Below, in pieces: positions 15,197 to 24,291 of a DNA stretch of 30,932 nucleotides. Positions within the stretch are counted from its first letter, which is position 1. Each line of letters opens with the position of its first letter. Made by a program: the position numbers and the translations under genes. Location of the stretch: the IMG/VR virus record IMGVR_UViG_2541047956_000008, positions 1-30,932 of that record. One strand, given 5' to 3'. The DNA is from a virus (Duplodnaviria; Heunggongvirae; Uroviricota; Caudoviricetes). The notes beneath the pieces were generated by a model. That model saw nothing but the letters and a program-made list of their open reading frames with translations. It had not been told where the DNA came from and did no database searches.

Positions 15197-15691
15197 ATGG
15201 CTGGAACGGCGGGGCGTTCCGGGCGTCGCCCCAAGCCAACGGCGCGCAAGGCGCTGGCCGGAAACCCCGGCAAGCGAGCCCTGAATAAAGATGAACCCGT
15301 TTTTACGCCCATCAAAGGTGTTGAGCCACCGGAGTGGTTCGCTGAAGAAGAGCTCCCTCTCGCCACGATCATGTGGCAACTGACAACCAAAGAACTCTGT
15401 GGTCAGGGCCTGCTGTGCGTGACTGACCTCGCAGTGCTTGAGCGGTGGTGCGTAGCCTATGAGTTCTGGCGACGTGCTGTGAAAAATATTGCCAGACAGG
15501 GCAACACCATCACCGGTGCAATGGGCGGCATGGTCAAAAATCCGGAGCTGACCGCCAAAAAAGAACAGGAGTCCGAGATGAGCAGTACGGGGGCAATGCT
15601 CGGACTCGACCCCAGCAGCCGCCAGCGTCTGATTGGCCTGGCGGGGCAGAAGAAAGCCACTAACCCGTTTCTGAAAATTATCGAATCATGA
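15197..15691 (+). CDS. Terminase small subunit
   Basis: ATG 15197 preceded by AGGAG (8-nt spacer); basic N-terminus ([13 protein letters not shown]); 4-bp overlap with the large terminase gene. Confidence 0.7.
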   Translation: MAGTAGRSGRRPKPTARKALAGNPGKRALNKDEPVFTPIKGVEPPEWFAEEELPLATIMWQLTTKELCGQGLLCVTDLAVLERWCVAYEFWRRAVKNIARQGNTITGAMGGMVKNPELTAKKEQESEMSSTGAMLGLDPSSRQRLIGLAGQKKATNPFLKIIES

Positions 15692-17421
15692 GCCGGAAAT
15701 CTTACCCCAACGTAAATGCAGCAAATCAGTATGCCCGGGATGTCGTGCGCGGAAAGATTGTTGCCTGCCAGTTTGTGATTCAGGCCTGCCAGCGCCATCT
15801 TGATGACCTGATGGCGGAAAAAAGTAAGTCGTTTCGTTACCGCTTCGACAAGGACCTGGCTGAACGGGCCGCCAAATTTATTCAGCTGTTGCCGCACACC
15901 AAGGGTGAGTGGGCATTTAAACGGATGCCCATCACGCTGGAGCCGTGGCAGCTATTTGTGATCTGCTGTGCGTTTGGCTGGGTCAATAAAGGCACCCGGT
16001 TGCGCCGCTTCCGGGAGGTGTATACCGAAATTCCCCGTAAGAACGGCAAATCGGCAATCTCTGCCGGTGTTGCCCTGTATTGTTTTGCCTGTGATAACGA
16101 GTTCGGCGCGGAAGTGTATTCCGGTGCCACGACGGAGAAACAGGCATGGGAAGTCTTTCGTCCGGCACGACTGATGTGTAAACGCACACCCATGCTGACG
16201 GAAGCGTTCGGGATTGAGGTTAACGCCTCAAACATGAACCGTCCGGAGGATGGTGCGCGGTTTGAACCGCTGATCGGTAACCCCGGTGATGGTTCATCAC
16301 CCCACTGTGCCGTGGTGGATGAATATCACGAGCACGCCACAGATGCGCTTTACACCACGATGCTTACCGGGATGGGGGCGCGACGCCAGCCACTGATGTG
16401 GGCCATTACCACCGCCGGGTACAACATTGAGGGGCCGTGCTACGACAAACGGCGGGAAGTCATCGAGATGCTCAACGGCTCGGTGCCCAACGATGAACTG
16501 TTCGGGATCATCTATACCGTTGACGAAGGCGACGACTGGACCGACCCGCAGGTACTTGAAAAAGCTAACCCGAATATCGGTGTGTCGGTTTATCGCGAGT
16601 TTTTGTTAAGCCAGCAGCAACGTGCGAAAAATAACGCCCGTCTGGCAAACGTCTTTAAAACAAAACACCTCAATATCTGGGTGTCGGCGCGTTCGGCGTA
16701 TTTCAACCTGGTGAGCTGGCAGAGCTGCGAGGATAAATCACTGACTCTTGAGCAGTTCGAGGGGCAGCCGTGCATTCTGGCCTTTGACCTGGCGCGTAAG
16801 CTGGATATGAACAGCATGGCGCGACTTTATACCCGCGAGATTGACGGTAAAACGCATTACTACAGTGTGGCCCCGCGTTTCTGGGTACCGTATGACACGG
16901 TGTATAGCGTCGAGAAAAATGAAGATCGCCGGACAGCCGAACGCTTTCAGAAATGGGTGGAAATGGGCGTCCTGACCGTTACCGATGGTGCAGAGGTGGA
17001 TTATCGCTACATCCTCGAAGAGGCCAAAGCGGCGAACAAAATCAGCCCGGTCAGCGAGTCACCCATCGACCCCTTCGGGGCGACCGGGTTGTCACATGAC
17101 CTTGCTGATGAAGACCTGAACCCCGTCACCATCATTCAGAACTACACCAACATGTCCGACCCGATGAAAGAGCTGGAAGCGGCAATTGAATCGGGGCGCT
17201 TTCATCATGATGGCAATCCCATCATGACCTGGTGTATCGGCAACGTGGTCGGAAAAACCATTCCGGGTAACGATGATGTGGTGAAACCCGTCAAAGAGCA
17301 GGCGGAAAACAAAATCGATGGTGCAGTTGCGCTGATTATGGCGGTTGGCAGAGCCATGCTGTACGAGAAAGAAGACACGCTGTCTGACCACATTGAGTCC
17401 TACGGGATCCGCTCGCTTTAA
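15688..17421 (+). CDS. Terminase large subunit
   Basis: 577-aa ORF coupled to the small subunit gene and followed by portal; size and position typical of TerL. Confidence 0.85.
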   Translation: MSRKSYPNVNAANQYARDVVRGKIVACQFVIQACQRHLDDLMAEKSKSFRYRFDKDLAERAAKFIQLLPHTKGEWAFKRMPITLEPWQLFVICCAFGWVNKGTRLRRFREVYTEIPRKNGKSAISAGVALYCFACDNEFGAEVYSGATTEKQAWEVFRPARLMCKRTPMLTEAFGIEVNASNMNRPEDGARFEPLIGNPGDGSSPHCAVVDEYHEHATDALYTTMLTGMGARRQPLMWAITTAGYNIEGPCYDKRREVIEMLNGSVPNDELFGIIYTVDEGDDWTDPQVLEKANPNIGVSVYREFLLSQQQRAKNNARLANVFKTKHLNIWVSARSAYFNLVSWQSCEDKSLTLEQFEGQPCILAFDLARKLDMNSMARLYTREIDGKTHYYSVAPRFWVPYDTVYSVEKNEDRRTAERFQKWVEMGVLTVTDGAEVDYRYILEEAKAANKISPVSESPIDPFGATGLSHDLADEDLNPVTIIQNYTNMSDPMKELEAAIESGRFHHDGNPIMTWCIGNVVGKTIPGNDDVVKPVKEQAENKIDGAVALIMAVGRAMLYEKEDTLSDHIESYGIRSL

Positions 17422-17432
17422 CTGAGGTAATT

Positions 17433-17615
17433 ATGATCATGCTGATTCTCGCGCCTCTGGTAGGCGTGCTGGGGGCGCTTTTGCTGGCGTATGGTGCCTG
17501 GCTGATTTATCCCCCGGTGGGTTTTGTTGTTGCCGGGGCGCTGTGCCTGTTCTGGTCGTGGCTGGTGGCACGATATATCGACCGTACACAGCCATCTGTC
17601 GGCGGAGGTAAATAG
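17433..17615 (+). CDS. Small hydrophobic protein (60 aa, two predicted TM segments)
   Basis: ATG 17433 preceded by GAGG (5-nt spacer); sequence [49 protein letters not shown]; wedged between terminase and portal genes. Confidence 0.4.
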   Translation: MIMLILAPLVGVLGALLLAYGAWLIYPPVGFVVAGALCLFWSWLVARYIDRTQPSVGGGK

Positions 17616-18856
17616 TGTTCTTTTCGGGATTATTTCAACGAAAAAGTGACGCACCGGTGACCACGCCAGCAGAGCTGGCGGATGCTATCGGGCTGTCATA
17701 TGACACCTATACCGGAAAGCAGATCAGCAGCCAGCGGGCCATGCGACTGACGGCGGTTTTTTCCTGCGTCAGGGTGCTGGCAGAGTCGGTCGGGATGTTG
17801 CCCTGCAATCTGTATCACCTGAACGGCAGCCTGAAACAGAGAGCCACCGGCGAACGTCTGCATAAGCTGATCTCCACGCATCCCAATGGCTATATGACGC
17901 CGCAGGAGTTCTGGGAGCTGGTGGTCACCTGTCTGTGCCTGCGGGGAAACTTTTACGCCTACAAAGTGAAAGCATTTGGCGAAGTGGCTGAACTGCTGCC
18001 CGTCGATCCTGGCTGTGTGGTACCGAAGCTTAACAGTAGCTGGGAGCCGGTCTATCAGGTCACATTCCCGGACGGCTCCACGGATGTGCTGACCCAGGAG
18101 GATATCTGGCATGTGCGCACGCTGACGCTGGACGGTCTGGTGGGACTGAATCCCATCGCCTATGCCCGCGAGGCAATATCGCTGGCAGCAGCGACTGAAG
18201 AGCACGGTGCCAGACTGTTCAGCAATGGCGCGGTGACGTCCGGTGTGTTGCGTACAGAACAGACGCTGTCGGATCAGGCTTATGAGCGCCTGAAGAAAGA
18301 TTTTGAGGAGCGTCACACCGGGCTTGGCAATGCTCACCGCCCGATGATCCTTGAGATGGGGCTGGACTGGAAGTCGATGGCGCTGAACGCCGAGGACAGC
18401 CAGTTCCTGGAAACCCGCAAGTTTCAGCTTGAAGAAATCTGTCGTCTGTTCCGTGTGCCCTTGCACATGGTGCAGAACACCGATCGCGCCACCTTCAACA
18501 ATATCGAAGAGCTGGGGCTGGGATTTATCAACTATTCACTGGTGCCGTATCTGACCCGTATTGAGCAGCGGATCAACACCGGACTGGTACGAAAAAGTAA
18601 GCAGGGCGTTTATTACGCCAAATTTAACGCCGGGGCGTTACTGCGCGGGGATATGAAGTCCCGTTTTGAAGCCTACGCCACCGGGATCAACTGGGGAATT
18701 TACTCTCCCAATGACTGCCGCGACCTGGAAGATATGAATCCGCGTCCCGGTGGTGATGTCTATCTCACACCGATGAACATGACCACGAAACCCTCCGATG
18801 GTAGTAAAGCCGGTAAGCAGAAGGATAACGCCAATGCAGACGAAACAACGTCTTGA
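17615..18856 (+). CDS. Portal protein (HK97-family type)
   Basis: 413-aa ORF, GTG start after GGAGG; position between terminase and prohead protease. Confidence 0.8.
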   Translation: MFFSGLFQRKSDAPVTTPAELADAIGLSYDTYTGKQISSQRAMRLTAVFSCVRVLAESVGMLPCNLYHLNGSLKQRATGERLHKLISTHPNGYMTPQEFWELVVTCLCLRGNFYAYKVKAFGEVAELLPVDPGCVVPKLNSSWEPVYQVTFPDGSTDVLTQEDIWHVRTLTLDGLVGLNPIAYAREAISLAAATEEHGARLFSNGAVTSGVLRTEQTLSDQAYERLKKDFEERHTGLGNAHRPMILEMGLDWKSMALNAEDSQFLETRKFQLEEICRLFRVPLHMVQNTDRATFNNIEELGLGFINYSLVPYLTRIEQRINTGLVRKSKQGVYYAKFNAGALLRGDMKSRFEAYATGINWGIYSPNDCRDLEDMNPRPGGDVYLTPMNMTTKPSDGSKAGKQKDNANADETTS

Positions 18857-19484
18857 TGTACCGCTGAGTCTGAAATCTGTCAGTGACTCCGGTGAGTTTG
18901 AAGGGTATGGCTCCGTCTTTGGTGTAAAGGACAGCCACGATGATGTGGTGATGTCCGGGGCATTTGCTGCTTCCCTGCGGGCGTGGAGTGACAGAAAAAC
19001 GTTACCTGCGCTGCTCTGGCAGCACCGCATGGATGAACCCATCGGTGTTTACACCGAAATGAAGGAAGACGATGTCGGGCTTTACGTCAGGGGACGGTTG
19101 CTCATTGATGATGATCCCCTCGCAAAACGCGCACATGCACACATGAAGGCCGGTTCGTTAACCGGCCTTTCTATTGGGTACGTCCTGAAAGACTGGGAAT
19201 ACGACCGGAGCAAAGAAGCCTTTCTGTTGAAAGAAATCGACCTCTGGGAAGTCAGTCTGGTGACGTTCCCGTCTAACGACGAGGCGCGGATCAGCAACGT
19301 CAAGAACGCGCTGGCCCGCGGGGAAATCCCCGAACAGAAAAAAATCGAAAGAGTCCTGCGTGATGTCGGACTCTCCCGTACCCAGGCCAAAGCATTCATG
19401 GCCGGGGGCTATGGCGCACTGTCCCTGCGCGACGCTGAGGATGTGGGCTCTGCACTGAATGCACTTAAAAATCTGAACTTCTAA
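18834..19484 (+). CDS. Prohead maturation protease (HK97-family type)
   Basis: ATG 18834 overlapping the portal 3' end; about 216 aa; position between portal and major capsid genes. Confidence 0.75.
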   Translation: MQTKQRLDVPLSLKSVSDSGEFEGYGSVFGVKDSHDDVVMSGAFAASLRAWSDRKTLPALLWQHRMDEPIGVYTEMKEDDVGLYVRGRLLIDDDPLAKRAHAHMKAGSLTGLSIGYVLKDWEYDRSKEAFLLKEIDLWEVSLVTFPSNDEARISNVKNALARGEIPEQKKIERVLRDVGLSRTQAKAFMAGGYGALSLRDAEDVGSALNALKNLNF

Positions 19485-19498
19485 TCAGGAGAAATACG

Positions 19499-20704
19499 AT
19501 GGCGGTTGATATTAAAGATGTGGAACAGGTCGCGCAGGAGCTGCAGCAGAAGTTTGACGACTTCAGGGCAAAGAACGACAAGCGCGTGGATGCGATTGAG
19601 CAGGAAAAAGGCAAACTTGCCGGGCAGGTGGAAACCCTGAACGGGAAACTCAGCGAGCTGGAAAATCTCAAAAGCGACCTTGAAAAAGAGCTGCTTGAGC
19701 TGAAACGTCCGGCAGGTGGTGCGCAAAATAAACTGGCCACAGAGCATAAAGAGGCGTTTGTGGGCTTTCTGCGTAAAGGCCGTGAAGACGGTCTGCGCGA
19801 TCTGGAGCGCAAGGCATTGCAGGTGGGCACTGATGAAGACGGTGGCTATGCCGTGCCGGAAGCACTGGATCGCAACATTCTCACCCTGCTGAAAGATGAA
19901 GTGGTGATGCGCCAGGAAGCCACGGTGATCACTGTTGGCGGTTCCGACTACAAAAAACTGGTGAATCTGGGCGGCACGGCTTCCGGATGGGTGGGCGAGA
20001 CTGACGCGCGCTCCCAGACTGCCACCTCAAAACTGGGACTGATTGAACCTTTCATGGGGGAAATCTACGGTAACCCGCAGGCCACTCAGAAAATGCTGGA
20101 TGATGCCTTCTTCAACGTGGAGGCCTGGATCAACAGCGAGCTGGCGACCGAATTTGCCGAACAGGAAGAAATTGCCTTTACCACCGGTGATGGCACTAAG
20201 AAGCCAAAAGGGTTCCTGGCGTATGAATCCACCGATGAAACCGATAAGGTTCGTGCGTTCGGTAAACTTCAGCATATTGTATCCGGTGAAGCGACGACGG
20301 TGACCGCAGACGCCATTATCAAACTGATTTACACGCTGCGTAAGGCACACCGCACTGGCGCGAAGTTCATGATGAACAACAACAGCCTGTTTGCCATCCG
20401 TCTGCTGAAAGACACCGAGGGTAACTATCTGTGGCGTCCGGGGCTGGAGCTGGGGCAACCGTCCTCTCTGGCGGGTTACGGTATCGCTGAAAACGAACAG
20501 ATGCCGGATATCGCCGCTGATGCGAAAGCTATTGCATTTGGTAACTTCAAACGGGGTTACACCATCGTTGACCGTATCGGTACCCGCATTCTGCGTGATC
20601 CGTACACCAATAAACCGTTTGTCGGTTTTTATACCACCAAGCGCACCGGCGGCATGCTGGTCGATTCGCAGGCCATCAAACTGCTGAAGATTGCAGCGGC
20701 GTAG
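19499..20704 (+). CDS. Major capsid protein (HK97 fold) with N-terminal coiled-coil delta/scaffold domain
   Basis: 401-aa ORF; the N-terminal ~100 aa is a strongly heptad-patterned charged coiled coil (QELQQKFDDFRAKNDKRVDAIEQEKGKLAGQVETLNGKLSELENLKSDLEKELLELKR) before the capsid body. Confidence 0.85.
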   Translation: MAVDIKDVEQVAQELQQKFDDFRAKNDKRVDAIEQEKGKLAGQVETLNGKLSELENLKSDLEKELLELKRPAGGAQNKLATEHKEAFVGFLRKGREDGLRDLERKALQVGTDEDGGYAVPEALDRNILTLLKDEVVMRQEATVITVGGSDYKKLVNLGGTASGWVGETDARSQTATSKLGLIEPFMGEIYGNPQATQKMLDDAFFNVEAWINSELATEFAEQEEIAFTTGDGTKKPKGFLAYESTDETDKVRAFGKLQHIVSGEATTVTADAIIKLIYTLRKAHRTGAKFMMNNNSLFAIRLLKDTEGNYLWRPGLELGQPSSLAGYGIAENEQMPDIAADAKAIAFGNFKRGYTIVDRIGTRILRDPYTNKPFVGFYTTKRTGGMLVDSQAIKLLKIAAA

Positions 20705-20711
20705 TCATTCA

Positions 20712-20737
20712 GGGGCGCTGAATTGCGCCCTTGTTCT
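20712..20737 (+). terminator. Hairpin with weak U-tract after the capsid gene (partial terminator / attenuator)
   Basis: GGGCGC-TGAATT-GCGCCC followed by TTGTTCT, 8 nt after the capsid stop. Confidence 0.4.
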
Positions 20738-20753
20738 GACAGGTGAAAGAATC

Positions 20754-20942
20754 ATGATCCTGAAACAAGATCTGAAATGGTCACCGGACGGTATGCGCGT
20801 TGAGATCATTCGTGCTGGTGAGTATGAAGATAAAGAATTACCCGAACGGGTACGTGAAATTGCCACTGCAGCAGGGATTGTTTCTGATAAGAGAACACCT
20901 GTTGCACGGGTATCTGATAAGGCTAAAAAACAGCATTCATAG
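20754..20942 (+). CDS. Hypothetical small protein (62 aa)
   Basis: ATG 20754 with AGGTGA RBS; between the capsid and head-tail connector genes. Confidence 0.4.
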   Translation: MILKQDLKWSPDGMRVEIIRAGEYEDKELPERVREIATAAGIVSDKRTPVARVSDKAKKQHS

Positions 20943-20953
20943 AGGTAGCCCAA

Positions 20954-21259
20954 ATGATGCCTACTCTGGAAGAGCTTCGTGTTCAGTGCCGGATTGATGA
21001 TGACAATGAACAGGAGAATGCACTTCTTATGATGTATCTGGCAGCAGCCAGAGAAGAGGCTGAAAAGTTTTTAAACCGGACACTTCACGATGAAACTGTT
21101 CCTGATCAGGATACGACCGGGCTTGTAATAACACCACTGATAAAGTTGCGTCTTATGCAACTGGTTGGCTACTGGTACGAGAACAGGGAAATGCAGGATG
21201 CTGTACCTGATTTTTTCTATACCGGACTCCGAATGTATCGGTTTCATCCCGGAACATAG
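20954..21259 (+). CDS. Head-tail connector protein (gp6-like)
   Basis: 101-aa ORF, acidic, at the usual gp6 position after the capsid gene. Confidence 0.6.
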   Translation: MMPTLEELRVQCRIDDDNEQENALLMMYLAAAREEAEKFLNRTLHDETVPDQDTTGLVITPLIKLRLMQLVGYWYENREMQDAVPDFFYTGLRMYRFHPGT

Positions 21260-21268
21260 GAGGATTTC

Positions 21269-21607
21269 ATGCAGGCAGGAAGATTACGTGATCGCGTGGT
21301 TATTCTGAATATTACGACCTCCCGTACCCCTTCCGGTCACCCGGAGGAAACCCTGAAAGAGGGGGCTACGGTATGGGCAGAGGTTAAGGGGATCAGTGGG
21401 CGGGAACGTATATCGGGCGGTGCGGAAACCGCGCAGACAACAGTAAGAGTCTGGATGCGATTTCGGCGCGATGTGACGGCCGCCTCACGTCTGAAAGTGC
21501 TGACCGGGGCATTCAAGGGAGCCATTCTGAATATCGACGGGCCGCCGATCCCGGACGCACGATCCTCCAGGCTTGAAATACTTTGCAGCCAGAGAGGTGG
21601 AATGTGA
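21269..21607 (+). CDS. Head closure / head-tail adaptor protein
   Basis: 112-aa ORF in the conserved order between connector and the gp10-like gene. Confidence 0.55.
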   Translation: MQAGRLRDRVVILNITTSRTPSGHPEETLKEGATVWAEVKGISGRERISGGAETAQTTVRVWMRFRRDVTAASRLKVLTGAFKGAILNIDGPPIPDARSSRLEILCSQRGGM

Positions 21608-22053
21608 CGGATTTTAGTCTGGATTTTTCTGGCCTGGCGGATATTGCAAGAGATCTGGAACTTCTCAGCAGAGCAGAGAGTAATAAGGTGCTTCGCGATG
21701 CCTCCCGTGCCGGTGCAGAGGTTATCCGGGAGGCGGTTATTGATCATGCGCCAGAGCGAACCGGAAAACTGAAGAAAAACGTGGTTATTCTGACTCAGCG
21801 TTCACGGCGTCGTGGTGAAATTATCTCTGGTGTCCACATTCGTGGGCGGAATCTGCGAACCGGAAACAGTGATAACAGCATGAAAGCCAGCGATCCGCGA
21901 AACGCGTTTTACTGGCGTTTCGTGGAGCTGGGGACTATCAATATGCCTGCCCATCCGTTCATTCGCCCGGCCTTTGATACGACAGAGGAGCTGGCAGCAC
22001 AGGTTGCCATGAAGCATATGAATCAGGCTATTGATGGGGTGCTGAGTAAATGA
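21604..22053 (+). CDS. HK97 gp10-like tail component
   Basis: Start placed at GTG 21604 (GAGAGG RBS), overlapping the upstream stop; an alternative TTG at 21583 is in frame. Confidence 0.55.
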   Translation: MTDFSLDFSGLADIARDLELLSRAESNKVLRDASRAGAEVIREAVIDHAPERTGKLKKNVVILTQRSRRRGEIISGVHIRGRNLRTGNSDNSMKASDPRNAFYWRFVELGTINMPAHPFIRPAFDTTEELAAQVAMKHMNQAIDGVLSK

Positions 22054-22394
22054 GAGAAGCCACGCTGTATGCTCTTCTGTCCCAACTGGCCGGAGGGCAG
22101 GTTTATCCTTATGTGGTCCCGCTGACGGAGGGAAAGCCTGCGGTATCTCCACCATGGCTGGTGTTTTCAGTGGTGTCTGACATCGCGTCTGATGTGCTTG
22201 ATGGTCAGGCTGAATCCAGAATTACCGTGCAGATTGATATCTGGGCAACGGCTCCTGATGACGCAGATGATATCCGTGAGCAGGCGCTTGATGCGGTAAG
22301 GGAACTGGCACCATCCGTTATTTCTAAAACTCAGGGTTATGATCCTGATTCCCGTCTGAGCAGAGCTACGCTTGAATTTCAGGTAATAGCCTGA
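22050..22394 (+). CDS. Tail completion protein (gp11-like)
   Basis: 114-aa ORF with 4-bp overlap to the upstream gene; followed by a terminator and the major tail gene. Confidence 0.5.
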   Translation: MREATLYALLSQLAGGQVYPYVVPLTEGKPAVSPPWLVFSVVSDIASDVLDGQAESRITVQIDIWATAPDDADDIREQALDAVRELAPSVISKTQGYDPDSRLSRATLEFQVIA

Positions 22395-22415
22395 GGTCGT
22401 TAATGATTTTACCCA

Positions 22416-22436
22416 CCCGCCGCTGGCGGGTTTTTT
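22416..22436 (+). terminator. Rho-independent terminator upstream of the major tail gene
   Basis: CCCGCC-GCT-GGCGGG followed by TTTTTT. Confidence 0.55.
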
Positions 22437-22453
22437 ATTTTCAGGAGACGAGT

Positions 22454-23158
22454 ATGTCCTCTAATTTTGAACGTTCTCAGCAGACCAAAGTCATGATCTC
22501 GTCTGCACCGGTAACGGCAGAAACGCTGAGTTCTGCCAGTTTTCTTGAACTGAGCTGTACGATTAAAGAGGTTCAGTTTACCGCCGGGCAGAAACAGGAT
22601 ATTGATGTCACTACGCTGTGTTCTACCGAGCAGGAGAATATCAACGGTCTTGGGGCTGCTTCAGAGATTTCCATGTCAGGAAACTTTTATCTCAACTCTG
22701 CCCAGAACGCGTTGCGTAGTGCTTATGACAACGACACCACATACGGTTTCAAAGTTATTTTCCCGTCAGGAAATGGATTTACTTTTATGGCAGAAGTTCG
22801 CCAGCATACCTGGTCTGTGGGAACCAACGGTGTTGTTGCTGCCACATTTTCCCTGCGCCTGAAAGGAAAGCCCTCTCTGACCACTGAACCTTTGAAACTC
22901 CTCTCTGATTTGAAAAGTACACTACAGGTTTCTGCCAGTGAAACGCTGAATATGTCTGTTGAGGCATCAGGTGGTGTGCCTCCTTATTCATATGTCTGGA
23001 AGAAAGGCAGCTCTCCAGTTTCCGGGCAGACATCGGCAACTTTCAACAAGGCCTCCGTGACATCCGGAGATGCCGGTGCGTATACCTGTGAGGTTTCTGA
23101 TTCAGCAAGCCCGATTAATAAGGTGACCTCCACTTCCTGCACCGTAACTGTCAGTTAA
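22454..23158 (+). CDS. Major tail protein with C-terminal Ig-like domain
   Basis: ATG 22454 with AGGAG RBS; C-terminal region (GGVPPYSYVWKKGSSPVSGQTSATFNKASVTSGDAGAYTCEVSD) looks like an Ig-like fold, as on lambda gpV-type tail tubes. Confidence 0.7.
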   Translation: MSSNFERSQQTKVMISSAPVTAETLSSASFLELSCTIKEVQFTAGQKQDIDVTTLCSTEQENINGLGAASEISMSGNFYLNSAQNALRSAYDNDTTYGFKVIFPSGNGFTFMAEVRQHTWSVGTNGVVAATFSLRLKGKPSLTTEPLKLLSDLKSTLQVSASETLNMSVEASGGVPPYSYVWKKGSSPVSGQTSATFNKASVTSGDAGAYTCEVSDSASPINKVTSTSCTVTVS

Positions 23159-23172
23159 GGAGGATGAAATCT

Positions 23173-23544
23173 ATGTCTAAAAATATCCGCAATCTGGCAC
23201 TGGCGACGATGTCTGGTTTTCGCCACAAAACAGTTGATGTTCCTGAGTGGGAAGGTACAACGGTTGTATTACGGGAACCCTCTGCAGAAGCCTGGTTACG
23301 TTGGCAGGAGATCGTTAAAACCGGAGATGATGATACACCGTTATCAGTTGCGGAGCGTGCCCGCCGAAATCTGGAAGCGGATGTTGAACTGTTCATCGAT
23401 GTTCTGTGTGATACCGGGATGCAACCCGTGTTTTCAGCGGATGATCGGGAGCAGGTACTTGCAGTATATGGTCCGGTACATGCGCGACTGCTTCGTCAGT
23501 CACTGGAACTGATCACTGATGCTGAAGTTATTAAAAAAAAGTAG
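23173..23544 (+). CDS. Tail assembly chaperone (lambda gpG-like)
   Basis: ATG 23173 (GGAGG 10 nt upstream); ORF ends ...ATT AAA AAA AAG TAG, inside a slippery A-run. Confidence 0.7.
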   Translation: MSKNIRNLALATMSGFRHKTVDVPEWEGTTVVLREPSAEAWLRWQEIVKTGDDDTPLSVAERARRNLEADVELFIDVLCDTGMQPVFSADDREQVLAVYGPVHARLLRQSLELITDAEVIKKK

Positions 23545-23846
23545 CACTTCCGGGTATTCGTTTTCTGATGATGCTGGCGCTCAGGATGGGGCGCACATTG
23601 TCAGAGTTACGCCGGGAAATGTCTGCATCGGAAATCATGATGTGGGCAGAATTTGACAGGATCAGCCCGCTGGGTGACGAGCGGGCTGATATCCGGGCTG
23701 CCCAGATAGTTTCTGCAGTTTACGGGGCGCAGGGTGTCAAAGTTCCACTGAATGAAGCGATTCTTCAGTGGGAGGTCGTTCCTGCAAATAATATTAAAGA
23801 TCCGTTCACAGCGTTTGAAAATGCATTATTTGCAGCGACACAATGA
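23538..23846 (+). CDS. gpT-like extension, expressed as a G-T fusion by -1 programmed frameshift
   Basis: The -1 frame is open from 23535 to 23846 with no RBS-bearing start; slippery heptamer A AAA AAG at 23535-23541 is the lambda G/GT type. Start coordinate is the first codon after the slip. Confidence 0.6.
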   Translation, partial: KVALPGIRFLMMLALRMGRTLSELRREMSASEIMMWAEFDRISPLGDERADIRAAQIVSAVYGAQGVKVPLNEAILQWEVVPANNIKDPFTAFENALFAATQ

Positions 23847-23904
23847 TCTTCTTACTTTACTGGATTATGATTCCGATTTTTATTAAGTAAATAAGGAGAT
23901 ATTG

Positions 23905-24246
23905 ATGGAAGTTATTCTTATTGCGCTAGTCCTGGGGTTAATTCCGGCTATTATCGCGCAAAGTAAAGGGCGTTCATTTTGGGGATGGTGGATATACGGA
24001 GCCTTACTCTTTATCGTTGCCTTGGTTCATTCACTTGTAATCCAAAAAGATGAAAAAACGCATGAGCAACAAATGGTGAGCAATGGCATGAAAAAATGCC
24101 CTTACTGTGCGGAGTTGATCAAAGAAGAAGCCATTAAGTGTAAGCATTGCGGTAGTGATTTAACACATAACCCTGATAGTACCGTTTCGCAAAAAACGGA
24201 TGATGAATATCTTGAAGAAGCAAGGCGTAAGGCTGGGCTTCTTTAA
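23905..24246 (+). CDS. Moron: small membrane protein with C-terminal zinc-ribbon (superinfection-exclusion candidate)
   Basis: ATG 23905 with AAGGAG RBS (6-nt spacer); two hydrophobic helices (VILIALVLGLIPAIIA, WGWWIYGALLFIVALVHSLVI) then CPYC...CKHC; AT-rich; own terminator. Confidence 0.55.
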   Translation: MEVILIALVLGLIPAIIAQSKGRSFWGWWIYGALLFIVALVHSLVIQKDEKTHEQQMVSNGMKKCPYCAELIKEEAIKCKHCGSDLTHNPDSTVSQKTDDEYLEEARRKAGLL

Positions 24247-24250
24247 AAGC

Positions 24251-24276
24251 AAAAACCGCTTCGGCGGTTTTTTTTT
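24251..24276 (+). terminator. Rho-independent terminator after the moron
   Basis: AAAAACCGC-TTCG-GCGGTTTTT followed by more T residues, 5 nt after the stop codon. Confidence 0.7.
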
Positions 24277-24291
24277 GCCTGGAGAACGAGA

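Noticed and set aside
17696-18466. 256-aa - strand ORF antisense to the portal gene
   Set aside because: Entirely inside the portal coding region on the opposite strand; His/Gln/Arg-rich, no RBS.
21583-21603. Upstream TTG start for the gp10-like gene
   Set aside because: Would need a 25-nt overlap and has no RBS; the GTG at 21604 has a GAGAGG RBS and overlaps the upstream stop.
23164-23172. ATG at 23164 as start of the tail chaperone gene
   Set aside because: The GGAGG RBS is only 1 nt upstream of it; the ATG at 23173 has 10-nt spacing.
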